Virus record (IMG/VR): IMGVR_UViG_3300044714_000251
Coordinates: 1-55,154 of that record
Length of the DNA: 55,154 bases
Source of the DNA: a virus
Taxonomy: Duplodnaviria; Caudoviricetes
Reading direction: 5' to 3' (one strand)
Position numbers and translations under genes: made by a program
Part shown: one piece after another, positions 18,417 through 27,403 of the stretch
Position numbering within the stretch: position 1 is the first letter of the stretch
Layout: the number at the start of each line of letters is the position of its first letter
Notes under the pieces: model-generated
Database searches by the model: none
Seen by the model: the letters and a program-made list of their open reading frames with translations, nothing else
Told to the model about the DNA's origin: nothing

Positions 18417-19213
18417 AGGAGATCTATTGCGACGTGTGCGGAGTCAAGATCGAATGGGCGAAGTCGAGAGAGGCGGTCCACGTCTACCTCTACGATCAGG
18501 ACGCTTGCGGTCTCGAGTGTCTAAAAAAAATCCTCGGACAACAGTATCCGTTCCAGCCCGAGAGGGCGCATCTCCAGGAGTCTTCAAATGAGGTTCCGTC
18601 GGAGTCCTTCGCTTGTGCAGCCTGCGCGAAGGGTACGCCGACAACACCCGACCTTCTCCACCTCCATACGGGAATTGGAGACTGCAAGCCGGCCATGGGC
18701 CCTGGCCAATCCACGGAAGCGAAGCTCAAGGAGCTCCGCGAGGAGAAAAAGAGAAAGCCCAAGAAGAACGAAATGACACCGGAGCGTGCGGCGGAGCTTC
18801 GTGCGCAGGCCGACGCCGCACAAGCGGAGACGCTCAAGAAAGCAAAAGCGCCCATCATCGACGACGCACGAAGACGCACAGTCGAGCCTCCACGGTGGTG
18901 CAGGTGTGGCAAGCCGGCAGTCTGGAATGGGAGGACGTGGGAGTGTCCTCAGAAGCACGAAAACCTGCTCGAGAACCTGCTTCAGGTGAAGCAAGGACAG
19001 CCCGGAGAAAGGCTGGATCTGTTGCAATTCGATCTCAAGGTGCACGGCGTGGACGTTACCCTTGCTCAGGTAGCCGAGTGGCCCGTGATGAGGCGAGATG
19101 TGGCTCGGGCGATGCTCGAACAGAAAGAAGACGTTGTCGGCTGGTACTTGAGTTTCGACGCTCCTCCTCCGGCCGTGCCGGTCGAGGTACCCAAACCGAG
19201 GTTCGCGTTCTGA
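18413..19213 (+). CDS. Multi-Zn-finger hypothetical protein
   Basis: CDVC, CGLEC, CAAC, CRC motifs; strong GGAGGAGG RBS. Confidence 0.65.
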   Translation: MKEIYCDVCGVKIEWAKSREAVHVYLYDQDACGLECLKKILGQQYPFQPERAHLQESSNEVPSESFACAACAKGTPTTPDLLHLHTGIGDCKPAMGPGQSTEAKLKELREEKKRKPKKNEMTPERAAELRAQADAAQAETLKKAKAPIIDDARRRTVEPPRWCRCGKPAVWNGRTWECPQKHENLLENLLQVKQGQPGERLDLLQFDLKVHGVDVTLAQVAEWPVMRRDVARAMLEQKEDVVGWYLSFDAPPPAVPVEVPKPRFAF

Positions 19214-19470
19214 TGGAAGCGACGATCGATCATCCCGATCACTACACGTCGGGACCAGCCAAGTGCGAGTGCGGCCGGATCATCGAGTGCATCCAGGTTG
19301 TCGAGCACATGGATTTTTGTCTGGGGAATGTTCTCAAGTACGTCTGGCGCGCAGGCAAGAAGGGCCCTGCACTTGAGGATCTTCGCAAAGCTCGTTGGTA
19401 TCTGGACCGAGCTATCGGCCGAGAGATGGAGAAAAATGAAGACGAAAGGCTCGCCGGCAAAAGTTTGTGA
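19213..19470 (+). CDS. DUF3310 family phage protein
   Basis: IDHPDHY, IECI, FCLGNVLKYVWRAGKKG, EDLRKARWYL. Confidence 0.88.
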   Translation: MEATIDHPDHYTSGPAKCECGRIIECIQVVEHMDFCLGNVLKYVWRAGKKGPALEDLRKARWYLDRAIGREMEKNEDERLAGKSL

Positions 19471-19693
19471 AACGTGCGGAGCGATCGACGAAGATGACGC
19501 GTTCGATCCGGGCTGCGTCGCATGTGTCGTGCTCCAGTACGCAGACGAGAAGTCCGACAAGAAAGAGGCGATGCTCATTGGGCTTTTTATCGGTCTCACG
19601 AAGACGACTTCGGGCTTGGCTCAAACTGCGATAGATACCATGTGTCCGCACCACATCTGGCAGCAACGTCACATCGAAAAGGCGAGCACTTGA
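19436..19693 (+). CDS. Hypothetical Cys-containing protein
   Basis: CETC, CVAC, CPHH; GGAG RBS. Confidence 0.5.
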   Translation: MKTKGSPAKVCETCGAIDEDDAFDPGCVACVVLQYADEKSDKKEAMLIGLFIGLTKTTSGLAQTAIDTMCPHHIWQQRHIEKAST

Positions 19694-19908
19694 GCAGCGA
19701 CCCCATCCTGGTCAACGCCGAGCGATCGGAACCCCCGCCGAAGGCGGTCGAGCGCGAAGTCCAGTCTCCGAGCCCGCCTGTTCGGTGCGTGGCGTGCGCG
19801 GGGTACCACGGCTCGGTCAATGCGGAGTTTTCTTGCCTTCGGCGGGAGATTTTGCGGTTGCGGTCTCTCGGTCCGGTGGTTACATCGCTCCCCGGCGAGA
19901 ATCGTTGA
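19690..19908 (+). CDS. Hypothetical protein
   Basis: Coupled ORF; CVAC..YH..C. Confidence 0.4.
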   Translation: MSSDPILVNAERSEPPPKAVEREVQSPSPPVRCVACAGYHGSVNAEFSCLRREILRLRSLGPVVTSLPGENR

Positions 19909-19942
19909 TTTCGCCGGTATTGCAAGGTACAAGGAGATCCTC

Positions 19943-20305
19943 ATGGACGAATCGAAAAAGTGGATCCCGGTGGGGCCGATGGAGGCCAAACACCAGGGCG
20001 TGCTCTTCTGCGAGAAGGTCTCCTACAACCCCTACAAGGGCAAGATCCTGATGCCAGGGGCGAAGAATCAGCAGTATGTCTTCCGTGTGATCTCGGTGGG
20101 AGAGGGGGTCGTCGGGTACGACGTCGGGGATCTCATCGTGACCGAGAAGGTTTTCGAGACCGTGATGGGCTGTTGGCTGCGAACTCCGTTCATTTACGGA
20201 AAGCTTCCCGCGAAGGACGCCGAGATGGCGGAAGTCGGAAACGGGTACATTCCCGCGATTCCGACTCGGACGGAAGAGGAGAGGGAAGCCGTCGGGGCGG
20301 TCTGA
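19943..20305 (+). CDS. GroES-like (co-chaperonin fold) protein
   Basis: GKILMPGAK...RVISVGEGV..YDVGDLIV resembles Cpn10; AAGGAG RBS. Confidence 0.5.
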   Translation: MDESKKWIPVGPMEAKHQGVLFCEKVSYNPYKGKILMPGAKNQQYVFRVISVGEGVVGYDVGDLIVTEKVFETVMGCWLRTPFIYGKLPAKDAEMAEVGNGYIPAIPTRTEEEREAVGAV

Positions 20306-20589
20306 TGGAGGCGAAGTTCAAGAGCTGCCCCCAGGCCCCGTCCACACGCGTCCCGACAGAAGTTTTTCGGACTCTCGACTCGTTGCTTCGAGAGCTCAAG
20401 GAATCGAAACCTCGGGCGAGCAGGGAAACGATTGGGGCGCTTCTCATCCTCCGAGACCGCCTCAAGGCGTCAGACCTGTCTGCGCGAATCGGTCACCATC
20501 GCAGGTGGGAGAGGATTCGCCGGCTTCTGGCGAAGCTGTTGGAGGCTGAGTCGCGGCTCAAGAAGGTCGAGAGTAGACTCGCTTCATGA
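20305..20589 (+). CDS. Basic helical hypothetical protein
   Basis: TGATG-coupled ORF. Confidence 0.5.
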   Translation: MEAKFKSCPQAPSTRVPTEVFRTLDSLLRELKESKPRASRETIGALLILRDRLKASDLSARIGHHRRWERIRRLLAKLLEAESRLKKVESRLAS

Positions 20590-21503
20590 ACACTCCCGGC
20601 TATCCCGTTCGTCTTCAGTTTCTCTTCTCTCAGGGGGGCGCGCTCCTTTTGACGGAGATCTCAGGAAGGAAGGTCTTCGTGCCGTTTGACGCGAAGGCTG
20701 CGCGGAGCTTTGTGGAGAAGGGCGAGGCGGACGAGATCGCAGCTCCGGGGGCGAGCTGCGGATGCAAACACGCCGCGCCTCCTGCGCCCAACCGCGCCGG
20801 GCGCATTGCTGCGGTTGGGATCGTGGTGGGCGAGCCCCTTTTGGCGGTGGCCGAGGGGGTCGAGGACCGGGTGGCGTGCTGCGGCGAGGAATGCGCCGGA
20901 GAGCTTCAAGAAGGGCAGCCCCGATCGCTCCGCTTCGATCGCTACGCCGTGGCCGAGGACGGAGGCTATGAGCTGCGCGATTCGGTGACGGAGGAACTCC
21001 CTGAGAATCTCGTGAACACGTTCGCGCAGAGGGGGCCGTCATGTCTCCCGTGGGTTCGGATCTCGCGAGACCCGAACCGATTCCGGGCCTGTCTTGCGAA
21101 GGCACGAGCCATCGGTCCGATGGACGATGCCTCGGCTGTTTACAAGCTCGTGGGCGAGCACTTGGCCAAGGAAGATCAGGAGGTTTTTCTCGTCATCCTT
21201 CTCGATTCGCAGCTTCACGTCCGGGCGATCTCCGAGATCGCTCGAGGGTCAAGGGATCGGACCGCGGTTTCGATTCCAGACGCCCTCCGCGTGGCGCTGG
21301 TCGACGGCGCCATGTCGATGATCGTTGTGCACAACCACCCGAGCGGAGAGGTTCGGCCGTCGAGTTCGGATGAGCAGCTCACGGCCGCTCTCAAGATCGC
21401 CTGCCAGAAGGTCGGGCTCCAGTTGATGGATCACGTGATCGTGGGCGCGGGTCGGCGCCGGTACTATTCGTTTGCTGCCGAAAGGAACAAGGCTCTTTCA
21501 TGA
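20586..21503 (+). CDS. radC: RadC-like JAB/MPN metalloenzyme with unusual N-terminal domain
   Basis: DQEVFLVILLD, VHNHPSG..RPSSSD, LMDHVIVG..YYSF. Confidence 0.85.
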   Translation: MNTPGYPVRLQFLFSQGGALLLTEISGRKVFVPFDAKAARSFVEKGEADEIAAPGASCGCKHAAPPAPNRAGRIAAVGIVVGEPLLAVAEGVEDRVACCGEECAGELQEGQPRSLRFDRYAVAEDGGYELRDSVTEELPENLVNTFAQRGPSCLPWVRISRDPNRFRACLAKARAIGPMDDASAVYKLVGEHLAKEDQEVFLVILLDSQLHVRAISEIARGSRDRTAVSIPDALRVALVDGAMSMIVVHNHPSGEVRPSSSDEQLTAALKIACQKVGLQLMDHVIVGAGRRRYYSFAAERNKALS

Positions 21504-21952
21504 ACCAGACGTCTCTTGAGAAGTCAAACGGAACAAAGCCGGCCGAAGAGCCTCCGGCGCCCAAGGTCTTCACGGTCGCTCTCGTCGACGGATCCATCTG
21601 GCAGCTTGGAGAATCGGTCCCGGGGACCGATGAGACGGGGGCTCTGGATGCGTCCGGAAATCTCGACGTCGGGAAGCTTGGCAAGCAAGCGATCAAGGTC
21701 CTGGCGATGCACGAGCAGGGGGATGGCTCCGTGAAGGTCTACGGGATGCCTGTCCCAGGGAGCAACTACGACGAGCAGAAGACGGCATTTGTCATTACAC
21801 TCTCCTCGCACACGATCCGAAGCGTTGTGACCGCCGCGCGGTTCGATGTCTGGCATGAGCTTCTCGAGGACGAGGAGTTCGAAGATGACGAAGAGGAAGA
21901 GATCGAAGAAGACGTGAAGCCGCAGAACGTGTCCAACGGAGCTACCTCGTGA
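21500..21952 (+). CDS. Hypothetical protein with acidic tail
   Basis: ATGA-coupled ORF. Confidence 0.6.
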   Translation: MNQTSLEKSNGTKPAEEPPAPKVFTVALVDGSIWQLGESVPGTDETGALDASGNLDVGKLGKQAIKVLAMHEQGDGSVKVYGMPVPGSNYDEQKTAFVITLSSHTIRSVVTAARFDVWHELLEDEEFEDDEEEEIEEDVKPQNVSNGATS

Positions 21953-22272
21953 GCTCGACAGCGACTCTCACCTACGAGGTGACAGCCGTCGGGCCGACGG
22001 TGCCGTCGAACCTCGAGACGGCCATGGCCGCGGTCGTCTTGAATCACACAGGCATCGCCGAGATCACGGGGGCAGCGCTCGCGAGCGACACCACGACGAT
22101 TGCGGGACCGGTGGTGACGAGAACGGTGGTGTTCGACATCGCGACCACCGATTTTCAGCGCCGTTTCCCTGTGGGATCGGATCAGGGCGCACCCTTTCGC
22201 GGGATCTACACCTCGTTCTTTGGGGCGCAGCTCAACACGCAGGTGAACGAGCAGCCTGTGGTGATTGCCTGA
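21949..22272 (+). CDS. Thr/Val-rich putative virion protein
   Basis: Beta-type composition; GTGA-coupled. Confidence 0.55.
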   Translation: MSSTATLTYEVTAVGPTVPSNLETAMAAVVLNHTGIAEITGAALASDTTTIAGPVVTRTVVFDIATTDFQRRFPVGSDQGAPFRGIYTSFFGAQLNTQVNEQPVVIA

Positions 22273-23807
22273 TGCCTCGTCGATTGAAGGAGAACCCGCC
22301 GGAAGATCCGAACGCGACGATGGACGACGTGACGTCCGCGCTCCACTCCGCGGATGTCCCCAAGAACCCGGACGGGACAGTCGTCGAGGAAGGAGAGGTT
22401 TCCGTTCTCCAGGCGCAGAACATCGGAGCTCTGGATCCGGTCTCCGACGCGGAAAACCAGAAATTCACGAAGGTGCTCCAGCGGAAGATTGCGGGGGCGG
22501 ACGGCTACGTTCCGTGGGGCGGCGACCTTTATCGCATCTACGAGGGGATTCGAACCGTTCTCGTAAGCGAGTGGTCTCAGCTCTCGGTGATCGTGAGTTG
22601 TCCGGCCACGAACGTGCAGTTTCCGCCCAAGCCGGCGGCGACGTTCAAGTCGTACCAGGAGCTCTACGAGTACGTGGAGCAGTGTCACGGGTACGGACCT
22701 TCAGCGACCTACAATGTCAAAATCACGAGCCGAAAGGGCATGGTCCGAGGGCAGGCGCCCCTCACGCTTCCCGATCGCGCGCCGTCCCTTCAGCCGCCTC
22801 CGCAGGTAATGCAGCAGCAACAGTATGGCGGCCCCCCCGTGGTTGTGAACATGCCGAGGCAAGAGCAGCCGATGGCGCCCGCGCCGGAGCCGCAGCACTC
22901 CGACCGGCTCACGGAAATGCTGCTCTCGCAGCAGCAGCAGCAAACCGCAATGGTCCTCGGCGCCCTCAAGGAACTCGCGGAGGTCATCCGCAAGCCTCAA
23001 ATGCCGCCCGGGTTTATTCCGCTCCCGGAGGGCTGGCCGACGATCCCTCAGGGGTACGTGGCGGTGCCGGGGGGCTGCATTCCTGCGCCGCAGCTCCCGG
23101 CGCCAGCCCCTCCTCCCCAGGTCATTCAGGTGCCCACGCCCCAGGCTAGCCCCGTGGTTCAGGCGACTCCGGTTCCAAATACAAATTCCGCGCCGCAAGG
23201 ACCGGCCCAGCAAGTTGAGGGTGCGGTCAAGATGATGTCCTCTCTCTTCAAGAGCATGGAGGACTTCAAGACGATGTTCGGGGGCGTGGGAGGCACGGTT
23301 GCGGGCGCTGCGGAAGATGTGCTCGAGGAAGAGGTCGCGGAGTCCGCGGTTTCGACGGTTCCCATTGGCGATGGCTTGAACATGGTCCTGAACAAAAAGG
23401 ACCAAACGACCAACTGGCCGGCGACGATCTTCGCGGCTCTTCCGAAGCTTCTCGAGATTGGAAAAGCAGGAGTGGCGGAGTACTCCAAGGTCGTCGACAA
23501 GCAGGCGGCCATCGCGCAGCAAATGACGGCGTCTCGTATCCGCCTTGCGCAGGAGGTGCAGCGCGTTCAAGGGGCCGTGCAGCCGGAGGCCCCGCAAGCA
23601 CTCGCTCCCCCTACACCACCTCCTCCGATCGAAGTGCGACAGCAAGCCTCTCAGACGGCGCGTTCGGTGCCGGGGACACGTCGACGCGACCCATGGACGA
23701 CGATCAAGCCGCTCTGGGCCACCCCCTCCGCGCCGGCTCCCGAAGAGGAAGCTCCGAGGGTGGAGCCTTCGGTTTCCGAGCCTGTCGCGTCCCCAGCGAC
23801 CGGGTAG
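22272..23807 (+). CDS. Pro/Gln-rich 511-aa protein, function unknown (scaffold or assembly candidate)
   Basis: Long ORF; begins MPRRLKENP. Confidence 0.7.
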   Translation: MPRRLKENPPEDPNATMDDVTSALHSADVPKNPDGTVVEEGEVSVLQAQNIGALDPVSDAENQKFTKVLQRKIAGADGYVPWGGDLYRIYEGIRTVLVSEWSQLSVIVSCPATNVQFPPKPAATFKSYQELYEYVEQCHGYGPSATYNVKITSRKGMVRGQAPLTLPDRAPSLQPPPQVMQQQQYGGPPVVVNMPRQEQPMAPAPEPQHSDRLTEMLLSQQQQQTAMVLGALKELAEVIRKPQMPPGFIPLPEGWPTIPQGYVAVPGGCIPAPQLPAPAPPPQVIQVPTPQASPVVQATPVPNTNSAPQGPAQQVEGAVKMMSSLFKSMEDFKTMFGGVGGTVAGAAEDVLEEEVAESAVSTVPIGDGLNMVLNKKDQTTNWPATIFAALPKLLEIGKAGVAEYSKVVDKQAAIAQQMTASRIRLAQEVQRVQGAVQPEAPQALAPPTPPPPIEVRQQASQTARSVPGTRRRDPWTTIKPLWATPSAPAPEEEAPRVEPSVSEPVASPATG

Positions 23808-23840
23808 CGCCTTTTCAGAGCTTCCGGTAGGCTGCGGAGC

Positions 23841-25259
23841 GTGATCTCCGTTCCCGAGGCCGGCGACATCGCGGGGCAGGTTCAGGCCGGCGTCGACCTC
23901 ATCTCCGCACTTGCGCAGGTCGCCAACGGAACGTTGGATGCTTCGGCGCTCGTCGAAAACGGAATTTCGATCGCGGGGGAGGCGTTGAGCGGTGGAATCA
24001 CGGCGGCTGCGGACGTCGTTGGAGCTGTGACGACGACCGCGCTATCGGGTCTGGCGATGACGGGGCCGACCGGAGCAGCCATCGCCGATGCGGTCGCGGC
24101 TGGGGTTTCGGCGGCGACGGCCGAGATTCCGGTGGTCGGCGAGGTGGTCGCCGTGGTGGCGGCTGTCATCGAGATTTTGGCGGCTTACGTCGGGGGTGGC
24201 GTCGATTCGGTCGACCAGGTGCTTGGCGCGTCCAAGGCGACGGCTCAGATCTGCGGTTCTATCGGACGATTTTCTTCCTCGCACAAGTCGCTCTCCGGAA
24301 ACCCAATCGGGTGGGAGATGGCGGACTATCTCGCGTTTGCGCGACCGCCAAGTTCGTCTACGTCGCCGGAGAAATTCAAGAGCCTCATGTCGGAGGTTGC
24401 CCAGTTTTACATCTCGAAGTCGAACTCCTACGCACCCGAGCTGAATCAATCGAACGACACGAACAACATCGTCAACGCGATCAACTCCTTCGTGGGGGTG
24501 GTAAACTCCTCGCTCCCCATCTACACGGCAGAAGAGTTTCTCTCCTGGCAAGTGCCGCTCTGCACGCCCGTGTGGTTCGACTGGTACAAGCCGACGGGGA
24601 TAGAAGACTGCAACACCGACCTCACCTTCGGGGGTGGCGGGGACTCGACGACCGCGCTCGCGCAGTGGCAAGCGATGGTTTCTTCCTCCGCCGCGCAAAA
24701 AAAGCTCAGTGCATGGCTCAAAGCCACGCCTTCCGTGGGTGGGCTCTCTCCGACACAAATCGTTCAGATGGCGATGGTTGCGCCACTTGACCCGCTCTAT
24801 TGGAGCTCGGATCTCTACGGGATGGTGGGGTCGAGTGGATCGGCCGACGGGTTCGCGACCGTCTACTACAACGTCGATCTGATGAACGGCATCGCCACGC
24901 ACCTGATGATGCGCGCCTCAGGCGCCTCCCCCATGGGAGTTCTCTCCGAGCTGCTCATGCAGTCCGCGCTTCTCTCGCAGTACGGCGGGACGGATTCGAG
25001 CGGCAACAGCATCCCCAATGTGTCGAAAAATCAATACGGATTTCATCGCCTTGTCGACGACTACATCACCTACGTCAACGCGCTCGGGTACTCGCAGTCG
25101 CTTTCGACCACGGGGATGGTCGGTGCGGTGGTGGCCGGTGCAGCGGGCGCGACATTGGTAGGCATTTTGGGGTATTCCCTTTGGAAGAGGCAGTCGCCTC
25201 TCGTGACGGTCGGTCAGGCAAAATCAAAAATCATTCGAGTCGGAGGCAGGTACCTATGA
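23841..25259 (+). CDS. Putative virion membrane protein with hydrophobic N-terminal hairpin and C-terminal TM
   Basis: IPVVGEVVAVVAAVIEILAAYVGGG; C-terminal TM followed by a basic tail; TAGGCT-7nt-GTG. Confidence 0.7.
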   Translation: MISVPEAGDIAGQVQAGVDLISALAQVANGTLDASALVENGISIAGEALSGGITAAADVVGAVTTTALSGLAMTGPTGAAIADAVAAGVSAATAEIPVVGEVVAVVAAVIEILAAYVGGGVDSVDQVLGASKATAQICGSIGRFSSSHKSLSGNPIGWEMADYLAFARPPSSSTSPEKFKSLMSEVAQFYISKSNSYAPELNQSNDTNNIVNAINSFVGVVNSSLPIYTAEEFLSWQVPLCTPVWFDWYKPTGIEDCNTDLTFGGGGDSTTALAQWQAMVSSSAAQKKLSAWLKATPSVGGLSPTQIVQMAMVAPLDPLYWSSDLYGMVGSSGSADGFATVYYNVDLMNGIATHLMMRASGASPMGVLSELLMQSALLSQYGGTDSSGNSIPNVSKNQYGFHRLVDDYITYVNALGYSQSLSTTGMVGAVVAGAAGATLVGILGYSLWKRQSPLVTVGQAKSKIIRVGGRYL

Positions 25260-25771
25260 ATCGCGTAGCCATGATGAGAGCCCGTGCGGAAACCATGGAA
25301 CGCGTCAATCTCCGCCGCTTCGGCGTCGAGCCCGTTCGGCTGCGGGGTCTCGGACGCGTGCCTCGCGGTGTTGGGCAGACGGTCATGGCGAACTCGAACA
25401 CGTCTTGTTCGAGCTGGCTCAACGTCACGATGCAGAACTACCAGCAGCTCGGGTTTCCCAACATCCCGGCTCTTCTCACGGGGCTTGAGGCCATCTGGAA
25501 ACAGGTCTCGACCGGGGGGAATGCGTCGGATTCGAACGGAACCCCCTTCGCGATCGTTGACGGCTCTCTCCACTTTCTCCTGACGCTCTCGAACGGAAAC
25601 ACCGTGGCGTGCAAGTGGGACTCGGCCAACCTGTACGTCTGCCAAGGCAACTCTCAGCCGGCCGTCACGCCGCTTGCTACTTCGGCGGCGACATCGACCT
25701 CCACGCCCTACATTGTGGCGGGAATCGTGGGCGTGCTAGTAATCGGGGGACTCTTCTACTACGCCGACTGA
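25256..25771 (+). CDS. C-terminally anchored membrane protein with GLG/GVGQ motifs
   Basis: LRGLGRVPRGVGQT; HFLL...CKWD.ANLYVC domain also seen in 25779..27035. Confidence 0.7.
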   Translation: MNRVAMMRARAETMERVNLRRFGVEPVRLRGLGRVPRGVGQTVMANSNTSCSSWLNVTMQNYQQLGFPNIPALLTGLEAIWKQVSTGGNASDSNGTPFAIVDGSLHFLLTLSNGNTVACKWDSANLYVCQGNSQPAVTPLATSAATSTSTPYIVAGIVGVLVIGGLFYYAD

Positions 25772-25778
25772 GGGATCC

Positions 25779-27035
25779 ATGGAAGACTTCGCGTTCAGCA
25801 TCCGTCCCCCCGTTTCTCCGATCGGATTCGGCGCGGTCCCTGAGGGGCTCGGGCAACATGCCACAGCCTCCGCGCATCCTTCGTTGAACTCGATAGCGAT
25901 CCCTCATGGATCGGGGACTCCCGCGAAGCACAAGCCCCACCCCCACCGTGGCGTGGGCTCGTTCGCGGCCGCGTCACCCCAGAAGGCGAATTGGGTGCTG
26001 GCCTACGTCTACGGAGAGCGCGCACCGCGCGTGAAGATCAAGGGGAGCGGGTTCGACTACGCGAAGGTGCTTCAGCAGTTTGTGCAATCCGGCCAGCCTT
26101 CGCAGTACTTCACGTGGACGGGTACGGGCGGAACGTTTCTCTTCTCGTGCATCTACTCGGGCTCGACACCTGTGGTGCGGCTCGCGACGAACGGTCTTCA
26201 GCGCGGAATGGGACGCAAGCCAACGGGGATGGGGGACATCACGCCGGGCACCGTGACGTGCAACGCCAGCTGGATCACGATCAACTCGCCGGGTCCGAAC
26301 GCGGACTCCTTCAGCCTCACTGGATCAGACATCTCCGGCGCGCTGACGACGATGAAGAACGCATGGTCTCTCGCCATGGGCGGGAAGACGACGCCGTTCA
26401 CGGTCTCGAACGGGGCGATGCACTTCATTTTCTCAAGCGATCACACCGCGAACATCCCGATGAAGTACGACGGCGTGAATCTTTACGCGTGTGGAGTGCC
26501 GGTCACCGCGGCTCCTTCTTCGCCGCCTGCCGTGCAACCGATCGCAACCCAAGGCGTGACGCCGATCTCGGGAGGCACCTCCGTCGACAACGGCACCTAC
26601 ACCTGGGACAATTACATGTGGGTGTACCAAGCGTCGGGGTCGAACGACTCTCCAAACGGCTCTCCCCCTCCGGGACAGCCCGCGGGCGTGTCGGGGGCAT
26701 GGGTAAACGTCTCGGGCAACCAATGGAACTACTATCCGAACTCAGGCCCCCAACCGCTCCCGGTGGTCGATCCCACGGGGGTGACGTGGTGGACGTACTC
26801 GAGCGCGAACGCGGCGATGTACAACGCTCCGTCTTCGGCGTACATGCCGCCTCTTCCGGGCTCGACAGTCCCGCCAGCGTCGCTTGCGGGGACGAGCGGG
26901 TCCTGGTCGGGGAACGTGCACTCCTACTACCAGGTGTGGATTCCGACGGCCGGAATGACCGACGGTGAAATTCTCGCGATCGTTCTCCTCGGTGCGCTCG
27001 GAGTGGGTGGCGTCGCGTACCTGGTGTCGGAATGA
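25779..27035 (+). CDS. C-terminally anchored multi-domain membrane protein with several G-phi-G motifs
   Basis: IGFGAVPEGLGQ, RGVG, RGMGRKPTGMGD; Trp/Pro-rich domain; terminal TM. Confidence 0.75.
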   Translation: MEDFAFSIRPPVSPIGFGAVPEGLGQHATASAHPSLNSIAIPHGSGTPAKHKPHPHRGVGSFAAASPQKANWVLAYVYGERAPRVKIKGSGFDYAKVLQQFVQSGQPSQYFTWTGTGGTFLFSCIYSGSTPVVRLATNGLQRGMGRKPTGMGDITPGTVTCNASWITINSPGPNADSFSLTGSDISGALTTMKNAWSLAMGGKTTPFTVSNGAMHFIFSSDHTANIPMKYDGVNLYACGVPVTAAPSSPPAVQPIATQGVTPISGGTSVDNGTYTWDNYMWVYQASGSNDSPNGSPPPGQPAGVSGAWVNVSGNQWNYYPNSGPQPLPVVDPTGVTWWTYSSANAAMYNAPSSAYMPPLPGSTVPPASLAGTSGSWSGNVHSYYQVWIPTAGMTDGEILAIVLLGALGVGGVAYLVSE

Positions 27036-27403
27036 ACGGCGTAGGCTCTCCGACGGGACTCGGCATCACAGCACCGCCCGCCGCGATCAGCGGAGGGTAT
27101 GTGCCCCCGACGATTCACGCACAGCCGCTCCCCGCGCCCTCGTCCACGACCCCCACGACAGCACCCGCCTCAAGTGCTCTGACCGCACCAAGCTCGGCGC
27201 TCATGGGGAGCACATACCAAGGTCCTCGCCGCGGCACGGCCACGTGGGTTTACATTCTTGGGGGTGTCGCTGCGCTCGGAGTGATGGGCGCGCTCTATTG
27301 GGCGTTCATGCAGCCGGGGAACTCGCCGAGCGCGGCGGCGTCGGAGGGCTACCCGAAATCGAATCCGATGAGGCGTCGGCGACGTCGGCGACACAGGAAG
27401 TGA
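27032..27403 (+). CDS. Membrane protein with NP-poly-Arg C-terminus
   Basis: NGVGSPTGLG..., TM, KSNPMRRRRRRRHRK. Confidence 0.65.
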   Translation: MNGVGSPTGLGITAPPAAISGGYVPPTIHAQPLPAPSSTTPTTAPASSALTAPSSALMGSTYQGPRRGTATWVYILGGVAALGVMGALYWAFMQPGNSPSAAASEGYPKSNPMRRRRRRRHRK

